From a virus: 64,000 bases of DNA. The translations under genes and the position numbers were made by a program. This document shows positions 46,624-53,935 of this stretch, in pieces. Within the stretch, counting starts at the first letter, position 1. Each line of letters opens with the position of its first letter. The DNA lies in the IMG/VR virus record IMGVR_UViG_3300025151_000016; one strand, written 5' to 3'. The notes below the pieces were generated by a model. The model made no database searches. It saw only the letters and a list, made by a program, of their open reading frames with translations, and had not been told where the DNA came from.

Positions 46624-47420
46624 TTCGGTTGTGCTGTCTCCATATCATTATTCCATTTCTCTAGATTTGCAACATAGTTAACCATGCTGTGATCTGAAAA
46701 GTTATCTACTCCACCTTTTTTCAATCCCATCCACATACCACGCCAACGATCTTTAACTCGTTGCCATGAGGTAAGTTTACGTACATTACCATAAGCATTC
46801 ATATAATGTTCCGTTCCATCATGGCGATATCCCATAGAAGCAAACGGAACTCTTGTCACGATGTCATTGTTATTTACCCAACGATGATGTGTAACATTAA
46901 GATCTCTTACATATTTTTTCCATCCAGCTCTTGGTGATCCATAGGTATAAACCTCAACTGGATCTTGTAGATCCGGATCATGCATACAACGACCAGCCAT
47001 AATTGTTGTCATTGCAGCGCCAAGAGAATGACCAGTAAACCATAAGTGTCTATTACCAAGTTTTGGATTTGCAAGAATATCTTCCTTGACCATAGGCCAA
47101 AGATCGTCAACCTCCTGCTTGAATCCCTGATGCACTCTTGATACAGTCTCTGACTTGACAGGGAAAGCTTTTAAGTCTGCTTTCAAATCATTAAACTCTT
47201 TTGGTTCAGTGCCTCTGCAAACAATAACTACATCATCTTTATTCCAGATACGATAAGCCTGTGCTCCATCTCTATCATAATATTCTACTTCAGTAAATCC
47301 AAGAGGCTTGATTTGTTGTGCCACTTTTCTCTTATCATTATAAGCAATTTGACTCAACTTAGCAAAAAGCAAACTTTTTTGCTTTAAGCTCATTTTTTCT
47401 ATTGCAACTCTTGTTATCAT
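46620..47420 (-). CDS. Class 3 lipase (alpha/beta hydrolase)
   Basis: RGT, VH.GF, TGHSLGAA nucleophile elbow, YTYGSPR, VNNNDIVTRVP, DH: full Ser-Asp-His triad. Confidence 0.9.
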   Translation of the reverse strand: MITRVAIEKMSLKQKSLLFAKLSQIAYNDKRKVAQQIKPLGFTEVEYYDRDGAQAYRIWNKDDVVIVCRGTEPKEFNDLKADLKAFPVKSETVSRVHQGFKQEVDDLWPMVKEDILANPKLGNRHLWFTGHSLGAAMTTIMAGRCMHDPDLQDPVEVYTYGSPRAGWKKYVRDLNVTHHRWVNNNDIVTRVPFASMGYRHDGTEHYMNAYGNVRKLTSWQRVKDRWRGMWMGLKKGGVDNFSDHSMVNYVANLEKWNNDMETAQPK

Positions 47421-47423
47421 AGT

Positions 47424-47582
47424 TTATCCTGCTTTCCACAATGTCCAAGCGCCATAAACAATTGCAACACCAGCAGCAATCTTTGCCAACGGTGCCATGA
47501 ATAGTACAAGAAAGCCAAGCGCCATAAGTGCTACACCGTCAAGACTCGTTCTTTCTTTTAATCTATTTTTTAGCCAGTTCAT
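47424..47582 (-). CDS. 52-aa two-TM holin-like protein (absent from ORF track)
   Basis: MNWLKNRLKERTSLDGVALMALGFLVLFMAPLAKIAAGVAIVYGAWTLWKAG; AAGGAG RBS. Confidence 0.65.
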   Translation of the reverse strand: MNWLKNRLKERTSLDGVALMALGFLVLFMAPLAKIAAGVAIVYGAWTLWKAG

Positions 47583-47850
47583 TTTCCAACTCCTTTAATC
47601 GTTGTTCTATGTTATCTATTTTCTTTGTCACTTTGGGGTATCTTTTTCTCCAAGCTTCAGGATCATCCTGTAACCAGTCCCAACCAAAGCGATCTACTAA
47701 ATAATCTAAGTACGCGTCAAACTTTGCCATAAGATATAGCGCAGCATGTGTATTTCTAAACCACGCTAGAAAAGCTGCACCTACAATGGAACCTGCAATA
47801 GCTGTATATATCCATAAAGTATCACCAAACATTCTTGCAAATAAATCCAT
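47563..47850 (-). CDS. Membrane-anchored protein with C-terminal coiled coil
   Basis: TM WIYTAIAGSIVGAAFLAWF; AGGAG RBS. Confidence 0.6.
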   Translation of the reverse strand: MDLFARMFGDTLWIYTAIAGSIVGAAFLAWFRNTHAALYLMAKFDAYLDYLVDRFGWDWLQDDPEAWRKRYPKVTKKIDNIEQRLKELENELAKK

Positions 47851-47859
47851 CGTAGTCTC

Positions 47860-48072
47860 CTAGTATATTTTCTTAACAAAGTAATCAAAGGGAACAGATG
47901 TTCTAAACTCAACCTTGTGGCCTAAATCATCTATGCCTTTTAAATAATTATTGGTAATCTTTTTAATTTCTCTTAAACGAATTTCTCTAGAAGAACCCTC
48001 ATGATTTATTGTAACTACAAATAAGTCATTGAAAAGTCTGTATATGAATCCTCGTTCTTTATTCTTACTCAT
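47860..48072 (-). CDS. Hypothetical late protein
   Basis: First gene left of the bidirectional late promoter. Confidence 0.55.
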   Translation of the reverse strand: MSKNKERGFIYRLFNDLFVVTINHEGSSREIRLREIKKITNNYLKGIDDLGHKVEFRTSVPFDYFVKKIY

Positions 48073-48106
48073 TTTAAATTCCCTTCAAGAGCTTTCCATA
48101 CATCAT

Positions 48107-48118
48107 TATTTATAAATA
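48107..48118. promoter_or_regulatory. Palindromic bidirectional late promoter TATTTATAAATA
   Basis: TATAAATA on minus (48107-48114) and plus (48111-48118) strands between divergent genes. Confidence 0.85.
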
Positions 48119-48145
48119 TTCAATAAGGACATAAGGGAAATAAAA

Positions 48146-48517
48146 ATGGCTGCAGCGAAAACACTACAACCGGATTCAATCTTTGCTGAATTAGATACAG
48201 ATGGTGATGGAGTCATTACTGACGAAGAAATGGCTCGTGCAAAAGAGATTGCCGAGTATGAACACAAACGTAAGATGCAAGAAAATGAAGATAAGAAAGA
48301 AGATCAAATACGCGCTATGGCTTGGTTTGCTCTCTGGGGCATGCTTCTATATCCAATTACAATCATTATAACTTCTATGATGGGGAAAGATACAGCTGCG
48401 CAGTTAGTAAGTGACATTGCTCCGACTTACTTTGTCGCTATCGCTGGCTTAGTAGCAGCGTTCTTTGGTGCACAGGCTTACACTAAAGGTAAGGCAACAC
48501 CTGAAAAGAAAACTTAA
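48146..48517 (+). CDS. EF-hand plus two-TM membrane protein (holin/antiholin-like)
   Basis: Canonical 12-residue loop DTDGDGVITDEE; TMs MAWFALWGMLLYPITIII and YFVAIAGLVAAFFGA; basic C-tail. Confidence 0.75.
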   Translation: MAAAKTLQPDSIFAELDTDGDGVITDEEMARAKEIAEYEHKRKMQENEDKKEDQIRAMAWFALWGMLLYPITIIITSMMGKDTAAQLVSDIAPTYFVAIAGLVAAFFGAQAYTKGKATPEKKT

Positions 48518-48714
48518 ACAGATATATCAAGATCTTTAGTTTTCCAATCTAAACAAGTGTAATTTATTATAGTCCAACCATTTGTTTCAGCTGCAATAAT
48601 TCCTTCACTTAACGATTCCAGGCATGCGTCCAAAGTCAGATATACATCTGGATTTGCTAAGTTTTTGCATGTGTCAAATTCTATACTACACGCCAGTACT
48701 ATTGCAGCCCACAT
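48514..48714 (-). CDS. Small exported Cys-rich protein (start re-assigned to MWAAIVLAC)
   Basis: Hydrophobic N-term, Y.TLDAC...C. Confidence 0.5.
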   Translation of the reverse strand: MWAAIVLACSIEFDTCKNLANPDVYLTLDACLESLSEGIIAAETNGWTIINYTCLDWKTKDLDISV

Positions 48715-48715
48715 A

Positions 48716-48979
48716 TTATTTTCCTTTATATATTGTTTGTAGATGAGTTTCAAACTGCTCTACTTTTGCAAGTCTATTTGGCCAAAGAATATATTCTTTT
48801 TCAGGATTCTTTTTTAAATTGTTTAGCAGTGGCACAATAGCATTGTAAAGATTATCTAATCTTTCTTGCGTTGTAGTAGCAAGTTGTTCAGCATCACTGG
48901 CAAGTGCAGCTGTTTGCTGCACCGCCGAAAGTTCATCTTCATCGACTGCTGTAAAACCAAAGTCGAATAACTCAGACAT
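48716..48979 (-). CDS. Conserved hypothetical protein
   Basis: FDFGFTAVDE.EL...I.PLL.NL..NPEK.YI.WPNR. Confidence 0.65.
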   Translation of the reverse strand: MSELFDFGFTAVDEDELSAVQQTAALASDAEQLATTTQERLDNLYNAIVPLLNNLKKNPEKEYILWPNRLAKVEQFETHLQTIYKGK

Positions 48980-49121
48980 GTTGTTTCCTTTTTTGCGACT
49001 TTCTTCGGAGGTTTCGAAGTTTGGTATAAAGTCGTTCGGTCTTTCCTAGTAATATTTCTTTTCTTTCTCTACGTTTTAATCTTGCGGCTTTAGAGCGCGC
49101 CATACGTTCAGATCTAATCAT
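48972..49121 (-). CDS. Small highly basic protein (start re-assigned to MIRSER)
   Basis: GGAGG RBS just downstream of the tRNA; Arg/Lys-rich. Confidence 0.5.
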   Translation of the reverse strand: MIRSERMARSKAARLKRRERKEILLGKTERLYTKLRNLRRKSQKRKQHV

Positions 49122-49143
49122 TACTTTACCTCCGTTTGTTAAT

Positions 49144-49220
49144 TGGTCTCGATGGCTGGATTTGAACCAACGACCTCTTGTACCCAAAACAAGCGCACTA
49201 CCAAACTGTGCTACACCGAG
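49144..49220 (-). tRNA. tRNA-Pro (anticodon UGG), CCA encoded
   Basis: CTCGGTG/CATCGAG acceptor stem, anticodon arm CTTGT-TTTGGGT-ACAAG, GGTTCAAATCC T-arm, ACCA end; 77 nt. Confidence 0.95.
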
Positions 49221-49229
49221 TTAAGTATT

Positions 49230-49258
49230 ATTCTATACTAAAGTTGGATAAATGTAAA
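49230..49258 (-). promoter_or_regulatory. sigma70 promoter for tRNA-Pro (TTTACA-17-TAGAAT)
   Basis: -35 49253-49258, -10 49230-49235. Confidence 0.8.
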
Positions 49259-49756
49259 CTACTTTTTTTCCTCCATTAGTTTTATCGCAGCGTTGTGCGC
49301 AGTGCGAGAGATGACACCTTCACGTAATAGCTTCTCTCTATTTGCCATATGCTTCATATGGATCTCTTCTTTGTTTCCACCAAAATATGCTACAGCATGA
49401 CCTTCTTCAATAAGTACATCAGTAAGCTTTTCTTTCTTACCTTCTTGTCGTTCAATCCAAAAGTCTCCAAGAACACGACCAAACTTGCCTTTCATATCTT
49501 CACCATGTCTATCTTCAGTGGTGATAAGTCTTATGCTTCCAGTCATGAGTTCTATTACTCTTGCCTTAGCAGCTTCTCCAAATAAATCTTCGACTTTGTC
49601 AGAAGTACGTGATTCAGGTGTATCAATACCTATGATACGTACACGTTCATCTCTTAACATGATACCAAAACCAAGATTGATGTCTACGTCTACTGTATCG
49701 CCATCAATAACTTTTAGTACTTCTACGTCGTATTCGTTGTGATTAGTCATTTTCAT
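49259..49756 (-). CDS. Thermonuclease (staphylococcal nuclease family)
   Basis: VIDGDTVDVDI.LGF...RVRI.GIDTPESRT...GKFGRVLG...L..EGHA. Confidence 0.88.
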   Translation of the reverse strand: MKMTNHNEYDVEVLKVIDGDTVDVDINLGFGIMLRDERVRIIGIDTPESRTSDKVEDLFGEAAKARVIELMTGSIRLITTEDRHGEDMKGKFGRVLGDFWIERQEGKKEKLTDVLIEEGHAVAYFGGNKEEIHMKHMANREKLLREGVISRTAHNAAIKLMEEKK

Positions 49757-49789
49757 ACCCTTATTAGTTTATAAGAGTATTTATTATGC

Positions 49790-50029
49790 CTATGAAAAAT
49801 CTTTATGATCTAGTGAAAAGTATTTATCGATCATTTCTAATCGTTCATGCGCAGCACCCATAGTAGATAATTCTTTTTGTATTGCTTCTACAATATCACT
49901 ATGTTCACCGATTCCTGCTGAATTATTCATATAAACCATAATGTTAGTTTTAGCTCGTTCCAACTCGCCCTCGGCATGCATTCGAGCTGCTTTAATTAAT
50001 TGTGCTGATAGACTCATTTGTTTCTCCAC
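49790..50029 (-). CDS. Conserved hypothetical protein
   Basis: H..G....A..N..VY..N..GIGEHSDI.EAI..EL. Confidence 0.6.
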   Translation of the reverse strand: MEKQMSLSAQLIKAARMHAEGELERAKTNIMVYMNNSAGIGEHSDIVEAIQKELSTMGAAHERLEMIDKYFSLDHKDFS

Positions 50030-50632
50030 TTATAAAGGTTTCAATTTTACATTCTCGTCGTAGATGCCATAACACCATCCGTCTTTTTTCATTGAACTGA
50101 AACCAACTCTTTTTGCAAAAGCTTCTCTATTCTTTGCGCCATCTTTCCAAGATGTAAGACTAGGACCAGCATCTACCTTTGATCCTTTTGGTTCACATGT
50201 CAATACGTAATTAGACTTAGGTATATATCCAAACATTCCATTATGAATGTTATCATAGCAAGCACGATTAAATTGAATCATTAGCTTTGCTCGTTCACGT
50301 TTATCTAGTTGTGATGGATGTGTTTGATACTTTACTTCCCATCCGACTTCTGCCATGACGGTATCGTTTTCATAATCAATGTTTTCTGCAAAGCCTTTTA
50401 TCAAGCTATCTTTTGGTGAGGCACCAGCATCGATATATCGATAGTATAAGTAGCTTGCTTTGTTTTGATAAGGGACAATATATGTAATGAACCAGAAAGG
50501 ATGTGGTCCTACATGTGTTGCTCGCTTTTCAATATGCTTATCTGCAAGAATTAATGGTGTCTTGATTTTATAACCAAGACGCTCCATTGTGTTTTCAAAC
50601 ATCAAACGTTTGAGAGCATCAGTTGCTTTCAT
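50030..50632 (-). CDS. Hypothetical protein
   Basis: 200-aa ORF in the gene-dense minus-strand run. Confidence 0.55.
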   Translation of the reverse strand: MKATDALKRLMFENTMERLGYKIKTPLILADKHIEKRATHVGPHPFWFITYIVPYQNKASYLYYRYIDAGASPKDSLIKGFAENIDYENDTVMAEVGWEVKYQTHPSQLDKRERAKLMIQFNRACYDNIHNGMFGYIPKSNYVLTCEPKGSKVDAGPSLTSWKDGAKNREAFAKRVGFSSMKKDGWCYGIYDENVKLKPL

Positions 50633-50903
50633 CGTCAGATGTAAACGCGTCTGCTATTGTATCGATAAGTAGATCAATATTATTTTTATTGTTCTCAATC
50701 AAACCATCATGTTCTTCATCGATGAATTCAGAACGAGCTGCGTGTGCAGAATGTGCTCCAATTAGTTTCATCAAATCAAAATCTATATTTTCTACTTTAT
50801 GATGTATTTCAACAATGTGCTGTTCCAAAAGACCAATTCTTGCGTCTTTGTCTTTTATATCTTCAGCCATTGAGTAAAACATTATCGCTGCGATTATTTC
50901 CAT
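50619..50903 (-). CDS. Hypothetical coiled-coil protein
   Basis: GAGGAG RBS; hydrophobic N-term then heptads. Confidence 0.5.
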   Translation of the reverse strand: MEIIAAIMFYSMAEDIKDKDARIGLLEQHIVEIHHKVENIDFDLMKLIGAHSAHAARSEFIDEEHDGLIENNKNNIDLLIDTIADAFTSDDESN

Positions 50904-50906
50904 AAC

Positions 50907-51107
50907 TTACTCCTCAGTTTCAATTTGCATGCAGATAGCCTGCATATTCAATGGGAAGTGGCCTTGTTGACCACCCACATCATAACTTAACATTTCTCTT
51001 GCATAAAAACAATGATGCATTTTTTCAAATGTATGACCTGGACCATATGCGTTTACTGCATGTACATCTGTACCTTCTACCATAATATATATCAGCATCC
51101 AAGCCAT
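50907..51107 (-). CDS. Small exported Cys-pair protein
   Basis: WMLIYIM N-term, F..M..C...RE...AIC; AAGGA RBS. Confidence 0.5.
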   Translation of the reverse strand: MAWMLIYIMVEGTDVHAVNAYGPGHTFEKMHHCFYAREMLSYDVGGQQGHFPLNMQAICMQIETEE

Positions 51108-51129
51108 AATAAATTCCTTTTTATAATCA

Positions 51130-51243
51130 GTGGGGAGTCCTTCCTAGGTGACCCCCCACCTATCTGCATTTAACGTATGCAGCAACCGACTGGGTTATTC
51201 GGTACCAGTACGTCCACCGACCTATATAGAGAGCGCAACTCTA
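51130..51243 (-). ncRNA. Candidate structured RNA (four hairpins, up to three pseudoknots)
   Basis: ~53% GC island in an intergenic gap; stems TAGAG/CTCTA, ACTGG/CCAGT, CTGCAT/ATGCAG, GTGGGG/CCCCAC; strand inferred from flanking genes. Confidence 0.6.
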
Positions 51244-51253
51244 CTTAGGATTT

Positions 51254-51709
51254 TTACTTTGTAAATGCTGTCTGATAAGTTATACCATTGACAACCCAAG
51301 TGATAACAGAATAGTCATACACTTTTTTATTTACATCTCTATACTCAGTGACATCTTGGCACTGTCTTTCATAATTATAACCAGTGATAACTCGTTTAGA
51401 CTTTTTCTTGTCTGCAGCTATCACTCCACCTATTACAGCACCAGCAGCGGCGCCGTTATCTTTATCAGTAATACCTTTACCGAGTAAAGCTCCAAGAATC
51501 ATGCCGCCAAGCACGTCACCGCCCGAGGCTCCTTCGCCTTGCACTGTACCGTATATAGGCACTTGCACTTGTTGACAAACCTGTTTTGTGTAAGGCGTCC
51601 TTTCAATTACCGATGTGTAGAAATCTTCTACACTAGCAGTTACCTGCTCTGCAGCAGCAACAGGCGCAGCGAATGCTACTATGGTTGCTGCTGTGATTAA
51701 TGTTTTCAT
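51254..51709 (-). CDS. Glycine-zipper 2TM exported protein
   Basis: Signal peptide MKTLITAA...AAA; GGMILGALLG...AAAGAVIGGVIA; Cys pair. Confidence 0.75.
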   Translation of the reverse strand: MKTLITAATIVAFAAPVAAAEQVTASVEDFYTSVIERTPYTKQVCQQVQVPIYGTVQGEGASGGDVLGGMILGALLGKGITDKDNGAAAGAVIGGVIAADKKKSKRVITGYNYERQCQDVTEYRDVNKKVYDYSVITWVVNGITYQTAFTK

Positions 51710-52068
51710 TCCTTTATTCCTTGTTCTTTAGCCGCAGCTATTATAAGTGGCGTGAATACTTCTTCTATATCGTCTTCCCACTGACTCCAACTTATTCTAC
51801 TAAAAGAATCAAAGTCTCTTACAGTAGGAACATCCCGACGTAAATGTGGACCAAACATCTGCTTGAACAAACCTCTGTTGTTCATAAGTCCATTGTTAAA
51901 AAAATCGAAAACAGCGTTCTGAGCTCGACGAAACTTGTCAAGATTCTTGTTAGTAGTCCTTGGATTTTTACAAGGACCGTCCAATGGGATCAGCTCATTG
52001 AGCTTTTCTCTTAGACCTTCGAAACCAGAGTTTACACCCCACTCATTAGTAAATAATTTCTCTTGCAT
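51706..52068 (-). CDS. Hypothetical early protein
   Basis: L..LIP..G.C......L..FRRA.N...D.FNNGL.N motif. Confidence 0.6.
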   Translation of the reverse strand: MQEKLFTNEWGVNSGFEGLREKLNELIPLDGPCKNPRTTNKNLDKFRRAQNAVFDFFNNGLMNNRGLFKQMFGPHLRRDVPTVRDFDSFSRISWSQWEDDIEEVFTPLIIAAAKEQGIKE

Positions 52069-52400
52069 TACGCAGCCTCCTCAACTGGAAGTACTTCTTC
52101 AAAACCTATCATTGCACAATCATAAACAGAACCACTACTGATATAGAAACGATCGCCCATCATAGAAGATCTAAGACCATATGTTTTGCCACCAACTACT
52201 GGAAGCTCGCCAACGACTTCAACGTTTTCGTTCTTATCGTAATTCCCTTCAGGGTGGCTCCAGCTATCACAAATATTCTGAGTCCAACGATAAGCATACT
52301 CACATGCTTCTTTTTCGGTAAGTTTTATTGGAGCATCAACTACAGCAACTCTTGTGTAACCTTTTCCTTCAAACTCTTTATGATAAACTGTGACTTTCAT
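52068..52400 (-). CDS. Hypothetical early protein
   Basis: AY..TQNI..SW...RSSMMGD...GF; GAAGGAG RBS after promoter. Confidence 0.6.
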   Translation of the reverse strand: MKVTVYHKEFEGKGYTRVAVVDAPIKLTEKEACEYAYRWTQNICDSWSHPEGNYDKNENVEVVGELPVVGGKTYGLRSSMMGDRFYISSGSVYDCAMIGFEEVLPVEEAA

Positions 52401-52427
52401 ATGTATTCTCCTTCATTTGATATAACT

Positions 52428-52489
52428 ATACTACACCATTATGAGCCGATTGTACACCTTTTTGTTTCATTTAAAATCAACTACTTACG
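52428..52489 (-). promoter_or_regulatory. Early sigma70 promoter (TGTACA-17-TAGTAT) with the 39-bp IHF-site element
   Basis: -10 52428-52433, -35 52451-52456; 52451-52489 identical to 45279-45317. Confidence 0.8.
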
Positions 52490-52594
52490 CTTTTTTTATG
52501 TAAGTTGTTGAAAACAAACGAAACCTTTTTTTCATCACTGTCACTTTTTGTCCAGCCTTCTAGAGTACTTATATCTATTTTATCAAAAGGATCG

Positions 52595-52888
52595 TTATCT
52601 GTAAGTTTCCCTGACACTTCGCAAAGCTCCTTCTATTTGAGACGGATATTTTCCTGTGTAAGTTCCTGCCTTCAACATGTCTTTAGTTAAATAATCCTTA
52701 TGTCTATGATCTATATTGTCCCAATCTTTCAAAATTTTTCTAGCCAGCTTATCGAACTCACTATCTTCTAAGATAGGATCGTCTTGTTCGTAATATGCGT
52801 ATGCTGCCATAATGTACCAAGGGACGCTCATATTGATGTTGCCGTCGACTATGTCGATACAAGCATCTTCAATACCTTTTTTGTCCAT
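52595..52888 (-). CDS. Stand-alone NAD-dependent DNA ligase subdomain Ia-like protein
   Basis: AYAYYEQDDPILEDSEFDKL matches LigA YY..D.P..SD.EYD.L. Confidence 0.65.
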   Translation of the reverse strand: MDKKGIEDACIDIVDGNINMSVPWYIMAAYAYYEQDDPILEDSEFDKLARKILKDWDNIDHRHKDYLTKDMLKAGTYTGKYPSQIEGALRSVRETYR

Positions 52889-53303
52889 AGTACTTTACCT
52901 TTAATTCCTTCTCTTTATTATGAGCTTCGATCTCCCATGGTCTAGAATCGTAATCCATTTCTGCTTCAAATACTTTTTTTTCAAATATGATTTCGTCGCC
53001 CCATTTTTGTTTCATTCTCCCCGTGAGATACTGATGCACGTGCACCATTTCATGTAGCACTGTTGAAATCATGTCTTCGAGGGGGATAGATACATCGATG
53101 CGGATCGTAAACTCACGATCACCTTCATCCAAAACGTCGCCGTAAACTCCTTGCTTTTCGGTTAACTTTCGTATCGTTCTAATATTTATATAAACAGGCT
53201 TCTTGATACGAGGCATGAGTTCTTTCGCAGCAAACATTACTGAGTCAATAATTGCTTTTCTACGATAGCGGGCTGTTTTATTTTCAAAATCAATAACAAT
53301 CAT
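52869..53303 (-). CDS. SprT-like zinc metallopeptidase
   Basis: T.LHEMVH..QY...G and Y...PWEIEA; promoter TTTACA-17-TAAAAT (53310-53338) only 6 nt before ATG. Confidence 0.75.
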   Translation of the reverse strand: MIVIDFENKTARYRRKAIIDSVMFAAKELMPRIKKPVYINIRTIRKLTEKQGVYGDVLDEGDREFTIRIDVSIPLEDMISTVLHEMVHVHQYLTGRMKQKWGDEIIFEKKVFEAEMDYDSRPWEIEAHNKEKELKVKYYGQKRY

Positions 53304-53338
53304 AATAGTATTTTATACTATTTTCTTGTAAATGTAAA

Positions 53339-53935
53339 CTAGTTTTTTGTTCTAATTTCAACATTTTTTGGCACCGGAAACTTTATGTTTGGGTGCTTAT
53401 GATATAAAATAAACTGTGTATCTGGAAACTCATTAAACATGTTTTGCCAGACTGGTCTCCAGTTGTTTATTAGTCGATTGTTATTCATATTTGATCTATC
53501 TGAATTAAGAAAGAAGTCACTATTACTTAATAGATTAAAATCAAACATAGAGTCGAATCCATACATATGGATTTCAGTTGCTTCCATTTTACTTGCTACA
53601 CAGTGCACTGCCATGTGACCGCAGTTAAAGTCTGTGTAATTTTGTACATATTTCGGTAGAGTTAAGTAGAACCCTTTAATTTGAGATGCAAACTTCATGT
53701 AAAAGTCTGGTCTCATCTCCATCCATTTCTTAGGTCGAGCACCAAGAGTCCATTCACCTGGAACTATTACAGATCCTTCATCAATTGCTTTCATCATCTT
53801 AAAGTCAACCATAAAGGTTGTGTAAACATTATGAACTTCAAGAGGCGGTAAGTTGCATGTTACTTTAAGTCCCTTTGCGGGTTTATACATTTGTGCACAA
53901 TCGCCGTTACCAATTACATGAGCAACTTTACTCAT
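53339..53935 (-). CDS. Glycosyltransferase-like protein (GT29/Maf-type Rossmann-like motifs)
   Basis: HVIGNG, CN, VD..M, N.GH.A, EIHMYGFD; end of glycan cluster. Confidence 0.45.
   Translation of the reverse strand: MSKVAHVIGNGDCAQMYKPAKGLKVTCNLPPLEVHNVYTTFMVDFKMMKAIDEGSVIVPGEWTLGARPKKWMEMRPDFYMKFASQIKGFYLTLPKYVQNYTDFNCGHMAVHCVASKMEATEIHMYGFDSMFDFNLLSNSDFFLNSDRSNMNNNRLINNWRPVWQNMFNEFPDTQFILYHKHPNIKFPVPKNVEIRTKN

Noticed and set aside
49122-49187. N-terminal extension of ORF 48972..49187
   Set aside because: It is the tRNA-Pro gene read as codons; GGAGG RBS supports a start at 49121.
42743-52524. Repeated 39-bp element as a CRISPR repeat or attachment site
   Set aside because: Copies are kilobases apart with no spacer periodicity and each full copy abuts a -35 box; no cas or integrase gene.
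53183-53190. TATAAATA inside the SprT-like gene as a late promoter
   Set aside because: Intragenic, ~300 nt from the next start in an AT-rich genome; may be chance, so not called.
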